DNA from: a bacterium | GTDB lineage: Bacteria > Margulisbacteria > WOR-1 > O2-12-FULL-45-9 > XYB2-FULL-48-7 | Assembly: GCA_043812655.1 (NCBI GenBank) | Contig: JBDRLW010000021.1 | Span: 1-21,476, forward strand | DNA length: 21,476 bases | Direction of reading: 5' to 3' | Shown here: positions 19,390-21,476 of the stretch, piece after piece | Layout: every line of letters starts with the position of its first letter | Position numbering within the stretch: the first letter of the stretch is position 1 | Notes under the pieces: generated by a model | Database searches by the model: none | What the model saw: only the letters and a program-made list of their open reading frames with translations | Told to the model about the DNA's origin: nothing | Position numbers and translations under genes: made by a program

Positions 19390-20577
19390 TCATTCCCCCA
19401 CCGGAAACAAGATCCTGACCGCCGTCACGTTTTGCAGGGCGGTAGCAGACCAAGCGGGGATAATGCCAGTTAAATAATATTCATCAAACTCGTAAACAGG
19501 AAGCGGCTGCCAGCCATCTTTATCTTTTAATTTAACTTCGACCAAATAGCGATCAAGGAGTTTTTTCTGCCAATCATCGCTCTCCAAGTCATCAATCCGA
19601 TAATCCGGTTTAATAAAAGCTTTAAATAAAGGCGCAGTCCCCTCCAGTGAACTACTCGTAATATCTGCTGGGCCAACTATCATCCATTGCGTTAATTGTT
19701 GGACCGATTTCATATCCGCCGCGTGATCAGCAGGAATGATCTGAAAACCGCCAATTTTACCAAGTCTTGAAGTTGAAACATCGATCACCCCGGCATGGTT
19801 AGCGCGGATCCTGCCCAAAGCGGCGTATTTTGACCCTTCAAAACGGCCCACCCCGCCTACCGGCCGCAAAACTTCGGCGACCACTTCTTCCTTACCAGAA
19901 AAATACTTGGCCGTCACTTTACCACCAATATTATTTTCAAAAAAGATCTCTTTAGGAAATGTTGGCGGCGGCACAGCCAGCAGATAGATCTTGTCGCCAA
20001 TTTGGGGGACAAAACCACTGCCAATGGGAACAGCTGCCTGCCAATCCCTGGAAACTAAAACAGTATTCCCAACAAAAGGGGAAAAATCCCCGCCAAAAAG
20101 CTCCTTGCCGGCCAGAATATTGGTATAGATTGAAGAATCAGGACTTAAATATGACCTGTAATTTTTCGGCTTCTGGATAAATTCTTTGGGCAGTAAACTA
20201 AAGATCACCCCGTCGCCATCCGGCGTAGTCGCGGTTTTAATATGGATAGCGTTGACCGCCGTGGCCGCCACTTTACCGTCATCGACCCAGCGTGAAGCAG
20301 CGTAAGCCTTAAAGTTTGTCTTTTCAGTAGGATAAATAACTTTGCCGATCTCCTGCCAATTCTTTCCGCCATCGTTGCTGACTTCAATCGTCCCGCCAGG
20401 AGAATTCCAGATTTTGACGCGATAAGCCTCCCGCGGAGAAGCGGCAAACGCCGTGGTCGCGAATAAGAAAAGCGCAAGGAACCTAAGAATAAATTCTCGG
20501 TTCCTTGAGAAAAAAAACCGCAGAATTAATTCTGCGGTTTTAATACACATAACCGCGAATTTATTCGCTGGTTGCAT
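19390..20577 (-). CDS. Secreted hypothetical protein with two tandem homologous domains
   Basis: Signal-peptide core LALFLFATTAFA. Two related halves (NSPGGTIEV...KVIYP...AATAVNAIHI and NNIGGKVTA...EVLRP...RANHAGVIDV). ATG overlaps the pepA stop (TAATG). Confidence 0.8.
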   Translation of the reverse strand: MQPANKFAVMCIKTAELILRFFFSRNREFILRFLALFLFATTAFAASPREAYRVKIWNSPGGTIEVSNDGGKNWQEIGKVIYPTEKTNFKAYAASRWVDDGKVAATAVNAIHIKTATTPDGDGVIFSLLPKEFIQKPKNYRSYLSPDSSIYTNILAGKELFGGDFSPFVGNTVLVSRDWQAAVPIGSGFVPQIGDKIYLLAVPPPTFPKEIFFENNIGGKVTAKYFSGKEEVVAEVLRPVGGVGRFEGSKYAALGRIRANHAGVIDVSTSRLGKIGGFQIIPADHAADMKSVQQLTQWMIVGPADITSSSLEGTAPLFKAFIKPDYRIDDLESDDWQKKLLDRYLVEVKLKDKDGWQPLPVYEFDEYYLTGIIPAWSATALQNVTAVRILFPVGE

Positions 20578-21476
20578 TACGAATTAAGGAATTCAATGAG
20601 GGTCCTCACCGGGACGCCTGACGCGCCTTGAGGCAAATAGCTTCTGGCTTTATCTAAATAAGACGTGGCCGCGATATCAAGATGGGCCCAAGGCGTATCT
20701 CCAATAAATTTCTCAATGAACGCCGCCCCTGAAGCCGTTTGGGCTTTGCCGGTCCCTGAAGTGTTTTTAATGTCGGCGAGCGGGCTTTTTAAATTTTCCT
20801 TGTATTCGTCATAAAGCGGCAGCTGCCACATCCTCTGGCCGCAATCATTGCCGATCTTAATGATCTTATTGATCAAAGTCTGGTCATTGCCGATGATCGC
20901 GGTCGCTACGTCGCCCAGCGCCACGATACAGCCGCCGGTCAAGGTCGCGATATCAATTATTTTGGTCGCGCCTTTCTTTTTAGCATATGTCACCGCGTCA
21001 GCCAAGATCAACCGTCCTTCGGCATCGGTATTGGTAACTTCGATCGTGTAGCCAGCTAGTGAACCGATAACATCCCCCGGCTTAGTCGCGTGGCCGGAAG
21101 GCATATTCTCGGTCAGCGGGATAACCGCTAACACATTCTTTTTCGGTTTAAGGTCGGCCAGGAGGCTCATCACTCCCAAAACTGCCGCCGCTCCCGCCAT
21201 ATCGGTTTTCATTTCGTCCATGCTTTTTGACGGCTTAAGCGAAATACCCCCCGAATCAAAAGTTATCCCTTTGCCGATCAAGGCTATCTTTTCTTTTGAT
21301 GAAGGATTACCGCGATACTCCATCACTACCACGCAAGGCGGCTCATCCGACCCTTTAGCCACCGACCACAGAGCTTCCATCCCCTCTTCTCTTGGATCAA
21401 GACAAGCATATTTCAAACCATTAATTTTAGCGATCTTTTTCGACAGCGAGCCAAAAGCAGTCGGAGTCATCTTATT
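20577..21476 (-). CDS. pepA: Leucyl aminopeptidase (M17), 5'-partial
   Basis: GKGITFDSGG, MKTDMAG, NTDAEGRL, ATLTG, WAHLDIA. The N-terminus lies beyond the window. Confidence 0.95.
   Translation of the reverse strand, partial: NKMTPTAFGSLSKKIAKINGLKYACLDPREEGMEALWSVAKGSDEPPCVVVMEYRGNPSSKEKIALIGKGITFDSGGISLKPSKSMDEMKTDMAGAAAVLGVMSLLADLKPKKNVLAVIPLTENMPSGHATKPGDVIGSLAGYTIEVTNTDAEGRLILADAVTYAKKKGATKIIDIATLTGGCIVALGDVATAIIGNDQTLINKIIKIGNDCGQRMWQLPLYDEYKENLKSPLADIKNTSGTGKAQTASGAAFIEKFIGDTPWAHLDIAATSYLDKARSYLPQGASGVPVRTLIEFLNS

Noticed and set aside
20475..20573. Mini CRISPR array
   Set aside because: The palindromes are not identical repeats, the gaps are only 6-9 nt, and there are no cas genes.

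Overview
Bacterial chromosomal segment. The gene mix suggests an uncultured lineage such as Saganbacteria/Margulisbacteria, but this is an unverified impression. Housekeeping genes are gpmI, tRNA-Gly(GCC)-eno, metG and a partial pepA. A peptide ABC transporter (opp/dpp ABCDF) is split into three pieces by opposite-strand genes. There is also a PilC/GspF + type IV pilin pair, an ORF6N DNA-binding protein, a Com-like zinc ribbon, a vapBC toxin-antitoxin pair, a secreted beta-helix protein with a T9SS/FlgD-like C-terminal domain, and several AT-rich orphans. The most notable signals are not in the ORF track. (1) An identically spaced bipartite motif GTGAAATTT-N14-YGAYAW (sigma28-like) precedes three orphan genes. 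(2) The ORF6N gene carries the same GTCGCA-N3-TGCGAC palindrome in its upstream region and inside its own coding sequence. (3) vapBC lies between 45-bp direct repeats that duplicate the 3' end of the neighbouring gene. (4) A G12 tract fills the promoter spacer of a lipoprotein gene. (5) Small palindromic and tandem repeats abut the tRNA and sit in-frame inside genes. (6) Several genes appear leaderless.
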